This document shows, one piece after another, positions 1 through 12,778 of a stretch of DNA of 64,000 nt. A program made the position numbers and the translations under genes. This DNA is from Octopus vulgaris (Eukaryota), in contig OX597822.1 in NCBI GenBank assembly GCA_951406725.2, forward strand, positions 58,218,001-58,282,000, given 5' to 3'. Each line of letters begins with the position of its first letter. Position 1 is the stretch's first letter. The notes under the pieces were generated by a model that was not told the DNA's origin, searched no databases, and worked only from the letters and a program-made list of their open reading frames with translations.

Positions 1-2171
1 TTTTTAAAGCTGGATGATCTTCCTGTCACCAAACCTCACTTGTTTCCAAGCAAGGTAATATTTCTCCATGGCCAGATATGTTCTTGCAGAAGTTTGGAAA
101 TGAATGACACTGCTTGTATGACAGTGACACTCGTTTACAACAAACATGCAATGGCAAGACAAAGCAGCACCAACACACACACACAACATTGGTTTCAAAT
201 TTTGGTACAGGGCCCGCAATTTTGGGGAAGGGAAACAAGTTGATTACATATAGATATAATCTTGCCAAGTACAATAGTTGGCACAAAATTGACAGTAACA
301 TTCTCACCAGTTATATGTCATAACCAGCAATATACTGCTTAACAGTAGTATATAAGAATATATGACAGGTTTCTTTCAAAGCTCATCTACCAAATCCACT
401 CACAAGACTTTGGTTGGTCTGGGGCTATTGTAGAAAACACTTGCTCAAGGTGCCACAAAATGGCACTGGGCCTGAAGCCATGTGATTTGAAAATAAACAT
501 CTCAACTACACAGCAATGCTATAATTGTTCTCTTTCCTCAAAATTTTTGGTCTTGTGCCTCTGCAAGAAAATTAATTTTGTTACGCAGTATTGATGATGT
601 AAGTGTGGTTTAGGACGAGAAGCCCATTTTTGCCCCTTCTCTTGTAAAAGTCCTTTTATGCTGTTTATGTCTGTCCTTTACTTTGAATTGAGAAATTTTC
701 TAAATAGATGTTGCTGAACCATGCAGACAAGTTTTCTGCAAGCACTCACTCTCTGTTACTAATAACTATTTCAGTATGAACTATGTTGATCTTTAGCTAT
801 TCTTATATGATAACCAGATAATCAACAGAAAATTGTTCCCTAGAATATCCAGTTCTGAATTCATCAAGTATTATAACTAGAAAGGAACCTTGATGAACAC
901 TATACATTTACATTTATTTTTCTATTGAAGTCTCTTCCTCAGCTCTTATGTTGATCTCAACACATAATGCAAAATTTAAATTGTTTTCGTGAGCTATTCA
1001 GATAATCCTTAACTTGCTCAGCGCTCAACAAACTACAAGAGCAGAGAGTAGAAACCATCTTTATCCAAACTCACCCTATTTATTACCTTGTGGTTTCTGC
1101 AATTTTCTTTTTCCAGAGAATTTTTATTGAATCACTCAGGAACTGGATTAGAATGGGGTAGGGGTTGGATTAATTCTGTAATTCTTCAAACATACTATAA
1201 GCTTATAGTGGATAAATATGTCCTCAGTTTTATAAAAGCAGAAAATGAGTTGTGGTGATATAAATGCTTTTCACCAAAAGTATTCATTGTGCTGGGGTGA
1301 TGTGAAACAATTTAATTTATGTTTTACTGTTTGGTATGAACCATTTTGTAGCATTATGTGAGTCACAAGAACTAACAAAGGTTTTAAGGAAAATTCTGTC
1401 TTGTGAATCAACAAGAAAAGAATGATTTGAAATTATAAGTTTCTTTTTTTAGTTAGAATAAGAATAAAAATGGAGAGCTGAGGATATGGGCTACAAAGCC
1501 AAGGCAAAGCTTAATGCAAAGGTTGAGAAATAAAAATGGGAGAAAGTGGGGTCCACTGACAGATTAAATGAGACAAAGTAACTTGCAAAGAGAATAAGAA
1601 TGGAGCGATGAGTTAAGAGGGAAAGTATAGGGTACTGGAAGTGTGAGGTGGAGTGCATAATGACTTATTGAGAGAAACAGGTAACTATTAGAGAAACAGA
1701 AGGATCAGAATCACAGAAAGCTACCACTGTCACATGAAATTAACAGTGAGACAGAAGCTTTTTTTCCAACAGGTTTATTCTTTCAGCAGCTGTGGGCCCT
1801 AGCTTCTAAACTATCACCTGTCACAAACTGCTGACTTTATTGATACTGCAACTTGTCCATTACCTTTAATATTTCGATTAATGCTAGTCATAGCTTTTGT
1901 TCAAACTGTTATTTTGGTGCAAGCTGAGAACAGTGAAGTTGGTTTGTTGCTGTAATTTGAGCAATTAGAGAGCAACTTACTGGTCAGTTTACAATCCATT
2001 AACGTATTAAACCCACTTGTTCTATGACTGCAAGTATTACTGTTCTTTCAAAAGTAGGACCTCCAAGAGAAATTTTGTTTAGGAGGAATATAACGACTTT
2101 TGCACACCATCCCCATCTCATGGGTGGTTTGCTCCTCTCAAAATTTAAGGGACTACCATTTTGTTTTAACT

Positions 2172-2747
2172 TTTTACTTGTTTCAGTCATTTGGCTGCGG
2201 TCATGCTGGGGCACAACCTTGAAAGGTTTTAGTCAAACAAATCTTACTTTTTGAAGCCTAGTATTTATTCTACTGGTCTCTTTTGCTGAACTGCTAAGTT
2301 ACGGAGATGTAAACACACCATCACCAGTTGTCAAGTAGTAGTGGGGGAAAAACAGACAGACAGACACACACACACACAGATATATATATATATCTATATC
2401 TATACATACATACATACATACATACATACATACATACATACATACATACATACATACATACATACATACATACATACATACATACATACATACATACATA
2501 CATACATACATACATACATACATACATACATACATACATACATACAGTACATACATACATACATACATACATACATACATACATACATACATACATACAT
2601 ACATACATACATACATACATACATACATACATACATACATACATACATACATACATACATACATACATACATACATACATACATACATACATACATACAT
2701 ACATACATACATACATACATACATACATACATACATACATACATACA

Positions 2748-2814
<67 letters not shown>

Positions 2815-2928
2815 AGAATTCACACAAAAAAAAGGCATTGGTTGGCTATTCCCAGCTTGCTATGTAATGGGACTGAACTTGAAACTACATGTTTGCAAAG
2901 TAAACTTCTTAACCACACAGCCATGCCT
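2172..2928 (-). mobile_element. SINE family A (tRNA-headed, CR1-like tail) with a hugely expanded internal microsatellite
   Basis: Tail rc cttgtttcagtcatttggctgcggtcatgctggggcac at 2177; head rc aaccacacagccatgcctgc at ~2911; (TACA)n/(TA)n sits at the family's internal SSR position. Confidence 0.8.
2402..2810. repeat. (TACA)n of ~370 bp followed by (TA)n
   Basis: Direct reading. Confidence 0.98.
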
Positions 2929-3170
2929 GCAAAGTTTATAGCCTTACTCCAAATGTAAATCATCTTTGTTAAATGACAGCCCCTTTTGTCATGCCTCGTT
3001 ACATAATAGGTTAACAAATATCAGCTTAAGTAAACCAAAACCAGAGAAAAAAAAAGATAAATAAGTAAAAGAAGAAGGAGCATGTGAAAATGGATACTTG
3101 TTTCGGTGGTAAATCAACTATAACAATTGCATGGAAGCATGGCTATTTGCTCTGTAATAAAATATAATAC

Positions 3171-3313
3171 CTTCTTGATCACACTGGATCCAAAATATAC
3201 AGCTCTTCGGATAACGAAGTGGTCCACTGATTGCATCTAAGCCAACTGACTTGTGTTGTTCTTTCAGGATTTCACTCTTGGGAATTCCATGTTTATCATA
3301 GATTTCCAAGGCC
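3171..3313 (-). CDS. TRIT1: tRNA dimethylallyltransferase (IPP transferase) internal exon: (R)ALEIYDKHGIPKSEILKEQHKSVGLDAISGPLRYPKSCIFWIQCDQE
   Basis: Acceptor cattttcttgaacag|G GCC TTG GAA; donor GAT CAA GAA G|gtatta; 143 bp. The peptide matches the RALE(I/V)...G...S...GPLR(Y/F)...W..CD region of MiaA/MOD5/TRIT1. Its first base completes the AG|G Arg codon begun by the exon ending at 22046. Confidence 0.92.
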
Positions 3314-3371
3314 CTGTTCAAGAAAATGAGATGTTTTTTTTTGTTTTATTAAAATAATAATAATAATAATG

Positions 3372-3439
<68 letters not shown>

Positions 3440-3440
<1 letters not shown>

Positions 3441-3968
3441 GGTACTGATGCAGTACCAGGCAGTGGCTCTCATGACTGCTGAACTTAACTGATTGGAAGT
3501 GTTGTCATGTACATTGTTTTGTCTTGGTATAAAAGATGGGCTACAGCAAATATTCTGCTCAATACCACAGATTTGCTTGTCAGTTGTTTGACCATAACCA
3601 GTTGACCATGTCCCTTAGTGGCTGACGATATGTGCATCTCTGATCACAAGCAGAAGTAGTGGGGGAGTATCATAGCCGTTGTTGAAAGGAATTCTTGGAG
3701 GTTTGAATAAATCACCTTTGGAAACATGGGTGTTTCATTCAACATCCTTAAACAATCCTTATTCAGGGACCTTTTGAGCCGAAGAAAATCCTAACTGCAA
3801 GGTCACGCGCTGTTTATCTTGATATGAGATCACCATGTCGCACACATATAGTTGTGATGCATATGCCTGGTGTACCCTTATCAGATGGGTAGTCATGATG
3901 GGTATACTGGGTTTCATATATTTTACCCCAGTGTCACTTTGATGGCATGCACTGCTCTCTCACTCAAT
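3440..3968. mobile_element. Unclassified ~530-bp insertion flanked on both sides by (AAT)n
   Basis: More GC-rich block bounded by (TAA)n at 3352-3439 and aataatactaataataat at 3966; no ORF recognised. Confidence 0.4.
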
Positions 3969-4243
3969 AATACTAATAATAATAAAACAGTGATAACATC
4001 TTTGTGGTAAACAGTGCTGTTGTTGTTAATTGCAATGTTTTATTTTTCTATATATGTTTAGTTACAGGAATTACAGTTGAAGAAATGTTATGAAAAAGGA
4101 AGATCATAAAAATAAATGAATGAATGAATGAATAGATGAGTTTGACAGTATGATTACTGACTGCCTGTCCACATAGGTTCACAGACATAGCCAACACTTT
4201 CCTTCACTCTCTTTGCACTCACATAATGTATCTCTTTCTATCA

Positions 4244-4274
<31 letters not shown>

Positions 4275-5662
4275 ACACAGACACAAATTCTCCCTTGTTC
4301 ATTAACTCTTTCTCTCCAATTCCCACATAGCAGAATAATACATAAGTCTCCATCTTTTTGTCTTAGACACTTTCCTTCTCTGAAGAACCACAAATCTTCA
4401 CAAACACACACAAACACAGACACTATCTGAAGGGGACACACAAGACATTTGAGTGGACTGTGTACATGCACATAGAAAAAGTACCATAAGTGTACACACA
4501 CACACACACACAAAACACCCATAAGGTATTATCTGGGTCAATGCTTACACTGACAGCTCAAAAGTAAAAAAAAAAACCTCATTATCTGCATGGACATCAC
4601 TTGTTAGTAGGAGGCCCAAATGGGTTAAATAATTAAAAACTGCACAAGGCATATTTACTGGATTAAGTATTTAAATGCATCGAAATGAGATTATTTTGTG
4701 TCTAGCAACCAATCTTTAAAAATACAATGGTATCTATTTACTTTTGAGATGTCTATGTACATATACAGATCCTTACACACACACACACATGTTTAAAAGA
4801 AGTTTTGATACTCTGACTGCTTCCCTTGCGGGTATCATGGCAATGACTTAGTTATTTGTTGAAATTAAGCAGATATAGAAGTTGTATTGTTCGGCATTCA
4901 GAGATCAGCTCTTTAAAAAAAATTGTAAAGAAATGCCTTTACTTATGCCAAATTTTAATGACATGATTAAAATATAGAGGTTTAAATTAAAATTGGTTAC
5001 AGTAGAATCACTTATAACAGGATAACTTACATGTGAGTCATAGCAGAATTGCTAACAGAGTCAGTAATAGAACAATTAGTTATAGTAGAGTCAGAGCAGA
5101 ACTGGTTGTGGAAGTGTTAGTTATAGCAGAGTCAGTCTGTTATAGTAGGGCCATTTATAGTAGAGTCAGAGTCAGTTACAATGGTATGAACTGAAAACTG
5201 TTTCTTTGGCAAAAAGGGGTTAGTAAAGGGAGTGGTGATTAAAGTTGAACCCCTAAACAACAACAATGACAGCAAAAATGATAAAAGCACAATTCATGAA
5301 GGTTGAGCTGGTAAACCACAACTGATAAGAGAACCAAAAATAAAAAGCGCAATCCACAAAACGTTGGAAGAGAATAATTATAACTTATCAACAGATTTAA
5401 ACCATATATATATATATATATCATGTCAAAGAGGTTTAACCATATATATGATGTCAAAGAACCAATGGTTAAGGTATGGCTGTATAGTTAAGACCACTTC
5501 ACAACCACAGGATTTCAGATTTCATATCTCACTACACTGCAACTTGGGTAAATGGCCTGCTATATCCTCAAGTTGGTCAATATTTTGAAGATGGGCAATT
5601 TGAGAATAGATAGGGCATTTGCTCAAGGTAATGTGGGCCTTCCTTTATGTTTGTATTGCTAT

Positions 5663-5965
5663 CATCATCATCATCATCATCATTATCATTTAATGTTCAC
5701 TTTCCATGATAGCATGGGTTAGACGGTTTGACTGGAACTGGTGAGCCAGGGAGCTGCACCAGGTTCCAGTTTGATTTGGCATAGTTTCTATAGCTGGATG
5801 CCCTTCCTGACATCAACCACTCCAAAAGTGTAATGGGAGTCATTTACATGACACCGGTAACAGCCACGACTATGACTACGATTCGCTTGATTTGGCAAGG
5901 CTTCTCAGTACAACATCACCAAAGGTCTCAGTCACTTGTCTGTGAGGTCCAACATTTGAAAGACT
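5663..5965 (-). mobile_element. 5'-truncated RTE-clade LINE 3' end with (GAT)n tail
   Basis: rc of the GGAAGGGCATCCAGC...ATGGAAAGTGAACATTAAATGATGAT tail, plus degenerate RTE C-terminal coding near 5900-5965. Confidence 0.7.
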
Positions 5966-7417
5966 ATGCTACCAGCAACAGCCACATCTATGATTTCATG
6001 GGTACTACAATGTCAGTCACATTTCTATTTTCCTTTGTGCTTGTTGTACCTTTTTGGTGAGTTTGTTGTGTCCATGCCCTGTCAAAAGACTACTGTCTTT
6101 TTTGCTGAACTGTATTACATGAATCTGTCCATAATTCTCTGTCACTCTTGTATGATATAATCTTCATTGTTTTAAGTTTTTTCTTTTTTCTTTGTAATGT
6201 CCTCCACTTCAGTGATATTTACAATTATTGGCACATTCAGTGGAGTACTAGCATGAAATTAAAGTTTTTTGATTTTAAATAAGCTGAAAATACACTGATT
6301 CCAGTCCCCATGGCTGATGAGAGATTTTTTTTATTGTCTTTTCTGTTGCTTTCATGTCCCATTTGATTTTTATCCTATGAATATGTATGTGTGTGCACAC
6401 ACATATTCATGTATGCATGTGTGTATCTTTTATTGATGTATAATCTATGAAGCAAACAGCAAAGAAAAAAAAAAAGGCAAAAAACTGATTCCTTTGAAAT
6501 GAAGTCCTTTGTAATAGTTGTCTGCACTAAGTTGTAGACATCTGCTTGTCAGTCTCACCAGCAAAAAGATGTAATAATCCTTTGTATTATACAACAATAC
6601 AAAAATTGAATTGAGATGCTGGCAGGTTGCAGGATGAAAGAGAGTTTTGAGACATCACAACAATGCAAGCTTTCAGCCTGTAAAGACAGCTCACATGTGG
6701 ATGCAGTATCAAAGATGTCAGTTCTTGTTTACTACAGAGACTATCACACTGTTGTTCTTTAGTCCCAGGTCAGAGACTTGATCCAGTATAGATCTAAATT
6801 AAAATGTATTCAAGCTTTGACCATTCCATCTTTTTAGGGAAGTGTAAGACTATATTATATATACAATGTGTCTTTTCTATATTTAAGACAGTATGGCATA
6901 GTTTGATGGATATTTAGTTGCTATTTCTAGCAGGTCGAGTGACCACACAGAGGGTCTGTTATTGGCAGCCATGTTTACAGAGTAATTTTCTTTTTTTTCT
7001 TTTACTTTCCAGGGTTAAAAAAGCTCTCTCTCTCTCTCTTCTTTGTAAAGGACAGTATCCATGAAATTGGCTTGTTCAAAGATATGGATATAGTGCTCTC
7101 TAGTAGCATCTAAGGAAAATCTGGATCTGCAATGATTCGCATCTCTCAAGTTGGTCCATTCCCTCCATCTGCAGCTGGTCTCCAAGTTGGCTTCACCCAG
7201 GCTAGCACCTGCTGCTTCAATTGTTTACAGTGATAGTCTGCTTTTCCACCATGCTTGAAAAAGTCACTTCACTGGCAATTGTACAACCTGGAAGAAAAAG
7301 CAGTGCCTCTGGCCTTTATAAAATCTTCTTAGACTAGTTTCATTTATGTCATTAATGTTCCTCTTGAACATTTGTGTGCCAACACCTGCAGGAAAGATAG
7401 GAAAGAACTAGTGTAAA

Positions 7418-7751
7418 ATCCCCCTTTGGTCATGAATGGCCATGGGATGCACTAGAAAGTTCCCCTCTAAGACACAAGTCTAGGCAAAGTTGTTTTTTAT
7501 GGAAGACCAGCAGTCACCCACGCATACCAGTCTCCCCTCTTCATGCCACTGATGTTATCCAAGGGAAAGGCAAAGGCCTATACAGCTTGGCACCAGTGAC
7601 ATTGCAACCCATCTCTACAGCTGAGTGAACTGGAACAACGTGAAGTAAAGTGTCTTGCTTAAGAAAACAACACATGGCCCGGTCTGGGAATCGAACTCAC
7701 TACCTCATGATTGTGAGTCCAGTACTCTAACCTCTGAGTCATGCACCTTCA
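7418..7751 (-). mobile_element. SINE family D (tRNA-derived head)
   Basis: Head rc gggaatcgaactcac...ctctaac.ctgagtcatgcaccttc with B box GAGTTCGATTCC; a near-collinear second copy lies at 26875-27202. Confidence 0.8.
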
Positions 7752-8330
7752 TGTGGAACTACATATGTTCTAAATATTTCTAAATATGTCCTTTCCTAAT
7801 TCAAAACTCCAGGATGCATGGTTTGAGAAATTTGGCTGCTATTTCTGTATTGGCTCCTCCTTGTCATGAAGTGTTATTTACTGTCTTGTGAGTGAGTACA
7901 TGTAAACTGGCCAAACATTCATAAATATACTTATTTTACAACCTACTTGGAGTGTAGATCCAATTTAGAAAGAAACCACCACTCCTTCTCTCTGTATCTA
8001 CTGTGATCCCCTCCTCCACTCCATCACCACCACCACCACCACCCTCAGTGTTTGCAATTCTGCTATACCAGCTCCTCCACTCCACCCCAATCCATCTCCC
8101 CCACCCACCCAAGTTTCCAAGAACAAGTCGTAAAAATCAGGATGTTACTTTATCAATACACTTATCTCCTAGTAACTTCTTCACTAATCTTGCTGTGTCA
8201 AGAAGGAAGTCATGTGACAATAAATGAACTGCCAACGAACTGTACATATTCCACTTTGATATGATGAACAACAACAACAACTTTTTCCAACCACCACCAC
8301 CACCACCAATGCCGAGATGTCGTTGTCACC

Positions 8331-8362
<32 letters not shown>

Positions 8363-8529
8363 CAACTCTAACAATCTTTAGGTACCTTGTTAAGGACTTA
8401 AGTATGGTGACAAAGTACAACACACACATACTCAAAGATAGTTCTTTAAATTTTCTCAACAGAACAGGATTCAAAATTAGGAATCACACCCCACCCTACC
8501 ATCACCACTAGCAAGTATGACAATGAAGG

Positions 8530-9080
8530 AATCTCTACCTGGATATTTGACCTGCTAGAAACAGCAATCACATCACTCATAAACTATATCCTACCATCTT
8601 AAAAAGGGACATATTGCATGATATGATCTTGGATTCTCTGTATATGGGGAAAAAACAGGATGGTCACGGATGGAATGCCTTTGATCATAGCTCTGCTCAC
8701 TTGAACCTGACCTGCAGCTAAACAACAACAAGGATAGTCTCTATGCAGTCATTTGATTTGCCAAAAGTAGCAACCAACTCTCCATCAAACCACAATCAAC
8801 TACAGTGAATGTGTTCCAAGATACCTGTGAAAATGCAGGATAGTCATGGTTGAAATTCTTTGATCCTAAGTCTGCTTTATTAGAGCTGACATGGGGAAAA
8901 AACAACAACCATAGTCACAAGGAGGATGTGAGCTAATGAAGGAAGATCTCTACATGATCAGTGAGTCTACCAGAAATAACAGTTATAAATCTACTGTCTT
9001 TATGAAAAGGAAGGGCACGTTATATGATGTAACCTAGTGATCCAATGCCAGAGTTAAAGACATGATAGTCATTATAGGAG
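8530..9080 (+). repeat. Three degenerate tandem copies of an old interspersed repeat (family F; ...ctgctagaaayagca...ggatggtcatgg...ctaaacaacaac)
   Basis: Recurring motifs at ~8530-8730, 8735-8910 and 8945-9080; an inverted copy lies at 6750-6965. Confidence 0.55.
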
Positions 9081-9132
9081 AATTATTGAAGAACTGCCAG
9101 GAACACAAATTCACATTGTCTTTGTGGGAATG

Positions 9133-9416
9133 CAGGCATGGCTCTGTGGAAAGGAATTTGCTTCCCACCCGTATGGTTTTGGGTTCAATCTAACAGCAAG
9201 GCACCTTGGACAAGTGTCTTCTACCATAAACTCAGTCCAACTGAAATCTTATGAGTGGATTTGGTAGATGGAAATTGAAAGAAACTCATTGGGTGTGTAT
9301 ACATGTGTGTGACTTTGTCTACCCTTCACCACTGCTTGATAACCATGTTGGTGTGTTTATGTTCCCATAGCTTAGCAGTTCAGCACAAGTGATTGATAAA
9401 ATGAGTACCAGGATTT

Positions 9417-9420
<4 letters not shown>
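9133..9420 (+). mobile_element. SINE family A, 5' part (3' part resumes at 14238-14335)
   Basis: Head gcaggcatggctctgtgg...gcaccttggacaagtgtcttc, ending at gagtaccaggatttaaaa; the consensus continuation tactggggttgatttgttcgactaa...tail is at 14240. Confidence 0.75.
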
Positions 9421-9508
<88 letters not shown>

Positions 9509-9535
9509 TATATATACATATATATACATATATAG

Positions 9536-9995
9536 ACGGTAAAATCTGTTGCTCTCTGCCGTTCTCAAAAAATAGCATTCGTAAAAAATTTTTATCTCGT
9601 TTGGCTTAACAGCCCTTCTTGTTTGTGTTACTGTTATTCTCCGTGTCCTGTCTTTTACTGTTTATATTTTGTACTGTCGTTACTGTCCTGTTTTTGTTAC
9701 CATTTTTACGCCCCTGCAAAAAAATCTCAAATTTTATTTAATTTGATTTTCGCGGGAAGGAAAGTTTTATTGAAGTCATATATCGCCTTGACCTTCGAAA
9801 CGTGGAGTAGATGAAACTAAGGCGACTGAAGAAGGGGAATTTTCCTTGCTTTGTATGTCCTGTACTCTATTTTTTCGTTGTTTAAAAGAAATGTCCATTT
9901 CCTTGTTTTTGTGTTTATGTTTTCGTTTCTCATTGTGTTTGACGTTTTTTTGGTGTCCTGTACCCATATATGCATTTTTATAGAGGTAGGTAGAG
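9536..9995. mobile_element. CpG-containing unclassified repeat inserted in (TA)n, possibly Penelope-like terminal sequence
   Basis: Bounded by (TA)n on both sides; carries CGAAAC and CTGAAGAAGG motifs. Classification is inference only. Confidence 0.35.
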
Positions 9996-10059
9996 GTAGG
10001 TACGTACATATATGTATGTATATATGCATATGTTTTATTTATTAATTTTATATATATAT

Positions 10060-11012
10060 ATATATATTTTATTTTTTATTTATTTATTTATCTAGTTCCA
10101 GCTCACTAGCTGTGGCCATGCTGGGGCACCGCCATTTGGTGTTGCTACATGATTTTACTTCACGAATGCTTTTTAGCAATTGCCATTTGGTGCATGAGAG
10201 AGTTCAATGCAGCTGCCCTCATCTGCACCTCCTGCCGTGAAGTTGGTTCATCTGGGATACCTGACAAGAAGAGATCCAGTTTCATTTTAAAGACATCTGC
10301 ATCCACCCCATGCAGGTCTCTTAGGTTCTTCAGGAGGATATTGAAGAGCTGTGGGTCTCGGAAGCCCAGGCTATCACAGTATCTTGTCCTACATCTTGAT
10401 GGCAAATTTGGAGTCCTTGGCACTATGCAGTGGCGCCCAGTTCTGGCATTTGTGTAACTCTCGATGCCAAAGTTTGGGACAAGTCCTTCTAGGATCTTCC
10501 AGATGTATATTATGGCATATCTTTCTCGCCTATGCTCTAAGGAATAGAGTCTCAATCTCTTGAGTCTTTCCCAATAGCTTATATGCTGCACAGAGGCTAT
10601 CTTCTTCGTGTAGCTTCGTTGAATCACCTCAAGTTCTGTGATTAACTTGACACTGGATGGTGACCATAGCTGAGAGCAATAGTCAAAGTGGCTTAGGACA
10701 AGTGTCCTCCAGAGGACCATCATGGTTTCCTGGTCTCTTGTTCTGAAGGTTCTAAGAATCCATCCGGTCAGCCGCCTACATTTCATTGCCAATTTAGCAA
10801 CATGCACATGAAAGGTTGCATCATCACTCATGTAAATACCCAGGTCTTGCATTGATTGTGCCTCTGGGATTGCAGTCCCTCCAGGTCCAGTGTATTTATT
10901 GGGTGTTGCATTTAGTTTTGCGTACTGATAGCATAGAGCTTGAAACTTTTCAGTATTGAACTGCATGCTATTCTTTTCAGTCCACTTGTATATTTTGTCC
11001 AGCTCACATTGC
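10060..11012 (-). mobile_element. 5'-truncated CR1-group LINE: ORF2 C-terminus (ORF 10160-10966), short 3' UTR and (TAAA)n tail
   Basis: Peptide W...N.MQFN.EKF...DLGI...ILRTF...DYCSQLWSP...LE.IQR..TK.I...SYWERLK.L.LYSLE.RRERY..I..WKIL...FK..LD.FLS.IPDEP is typical of the RT end/C-terminus of CR1/L2-group LINEs. Confidence 0.9.
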
Positions 11013-11487
11013 TAATTCGATCTCCACCATTCACTATCATTTCTTCCCCTGGCTTACAGCGATGTCCATGAGCAGGCTAAGATTTCTCCCTTCTTTTTTC
11101 ATACATACATACATACATTTGTCTACCGTTTAAATGTTTTGAACTTATAACCACCAATCTGCTTTGCTTTCCTTTTCTTTCTACATGCCACCCTAAAAAC
11201 ATCGCCATTCCCGCCCGTTTCTCTAAAAGTTCAACCTTCGCATATTCCCTTTAATTCGATCTCCACCATTCACTATCATTTCTTCCCCTGGCTTACAGCG
11301 ATGTCCATGAGCAGGCTAAGATTTCTCCCTTCTTTTTTCATACATACATACATACATTTGTCTACCGTTTAAATGTTTTGAACTTATAACCACCAATCTG
11401 CTTTGCTTTCCTTTTCTTTCTACATGCCACCCTAAAAACATCGCCATTCCCGCCCGTTTCTCTAAAGTTCAACCTTCGCATATTCCC
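11013..11487. repeat. Near-perfect tandem duplication of ~238 bp
   Basis: 11013-11249 vs 11252-11487; the only difference I see is a 1-bp indel (ctaaaagttc vs ctaaagttc). Confidence 0.95.
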
Positions 11488-11744
11488 GGTGCACCCGCCC
11501 TTGCCCACCCCCACCACCAATACCGGATATCTCTATATTTTTGTTCCATCTATACCGGATGTCGCTTCTCCCACCACCATTATAGGTGTCTACTTTTCGA
11601 ACCCCCCTCTTCAACACGCTATTTCACCATGCATTACCCTCTCTTGATATCCTACGTTCTACTTGCCTAGAACCTGTCATCATTTCTCTGAACCACCCCT
11701 CCCCACTGGTGCTTCCCTATATATTTCTGCATCCCCCCCCCCCA

Positions 11745-11990
11745 CATAAAAAGCACCATCCGAACGTGGCCGATGCCAGACCCCTCTGGCACCTGTGCAG
11801 GTGGCACGTAAAAAACACCCACTACACTCGCGGAGTGGTTGGCGTTAGGAAGGGCATCCAGCTGTAGAAACACTGCCAGACTAGACTGGAGCCTGGGGCA
11901 GTCCCGAGCTCCCCAGACCCCGGTCGAAACCGTCCAAACAGTGCTAGCGCGGAAAACGGACGTTAAACGATGATGATGATGATGATGATG
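11745..11990 (+). mobile_element. Young RTE-type 3' tail ending GGACGTTAAACGATGATGATG
   Basis: Same family as 5663-5965, 23362-23620, 35355-35615, 40893-41670, 43667-43950 and 59745-60112; CpGs are retained. Confidence 0.75.
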
Positions 11991-12022
11991 ATATACATAT
12001 ATACATATACATATATATATAC

Positions 12023-12073
<51 letters not shown>

Positions 12074-12087
12074 TACATATATGTATA

Positions 12088-12497
12088 GGCGCAGGAGTGG
12101 CTGTGTGGTAAGTAGCTTGCTAACCAACCACATGGTTCCGGGTTCAGTCCCACTGCGTGGCATCTTGGGCAAGTGTCTTCTGCTATAGCCCCGGGCCGAC
12201 CAATGCCTTGTGAGTGGATTTGGTAGACGGAAACTGAAAGAAGCCTGTCGTATATATGTATATATATATATGTGTGTGTATATGTGTTTGTATGTCTGTG
12301 TTTGTCCCCCTAGCATTGCTTGACAACCGATGCTGGTGTGTTTACGTCCCCGTCACTTAGCGGTTCGGCAAAAGAGACCGATAGAATAAGTACTGGGCTT
12401 ACAAAGAATAAGTCCTGGGGTCGATTTGCTCGACTAAAGGCGGTGCTCCAGCATGGCCGCAGTCAAATGACTGAAACAAGTAAAAGAGTAAAAGAGT
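12088..12497 (+). mobile_element. Full-length young SINE family A
   Basis: A box TGGCTGTGTGGTAA, B box GGTTCAGTCCC, internal (TA)/(TG) SSR, tail GGCGGTGCTCCAGCATGGCCGCAGTCAAATGACTGAAAC(AAGTAAAAGAG)n. Confidence 0.88.
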
Positions 12498-12657
12498 ATA
12501 TATACATATACATATATACATATACATATATACATATACATATATATATATACATATGTATATATACACATGTATATATACACATGTATATATACACATG
12601 TATATATGCACACATATATATATACACATATATATATACACATATATTATGTATACA

Positions 12658-12693
<36 letters not shown>

Positions 12694-12778
12694 CATATAT
12701 ATAATAATAAATATTAAGGAATAAATCCAAATTTACAAGGAAAATCAGATTTAAGATTTAATCCAATTTTATAGTAAA

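Noticed and set aside
1087-1142. Possible small minus-strand exon (ccag|TTC...ACAAG|gtaata)
   Set aside because: Stop codon in the phase required after 3171, and no similarity to the expected LD.RLD.RVD.M exon.
2299-2958. Long ORFs (MYVC/YIHT repeats), also at 12918-13966 and similar
   Set aside because: Translations of stop-free (TACA)n/(TA)n microsatellites.
7080-7390. GC-richer unique block with acceptor-like ctttcctgcag on the minus strand
   Set aside because: No sustained open frame or recognisable protein motif.
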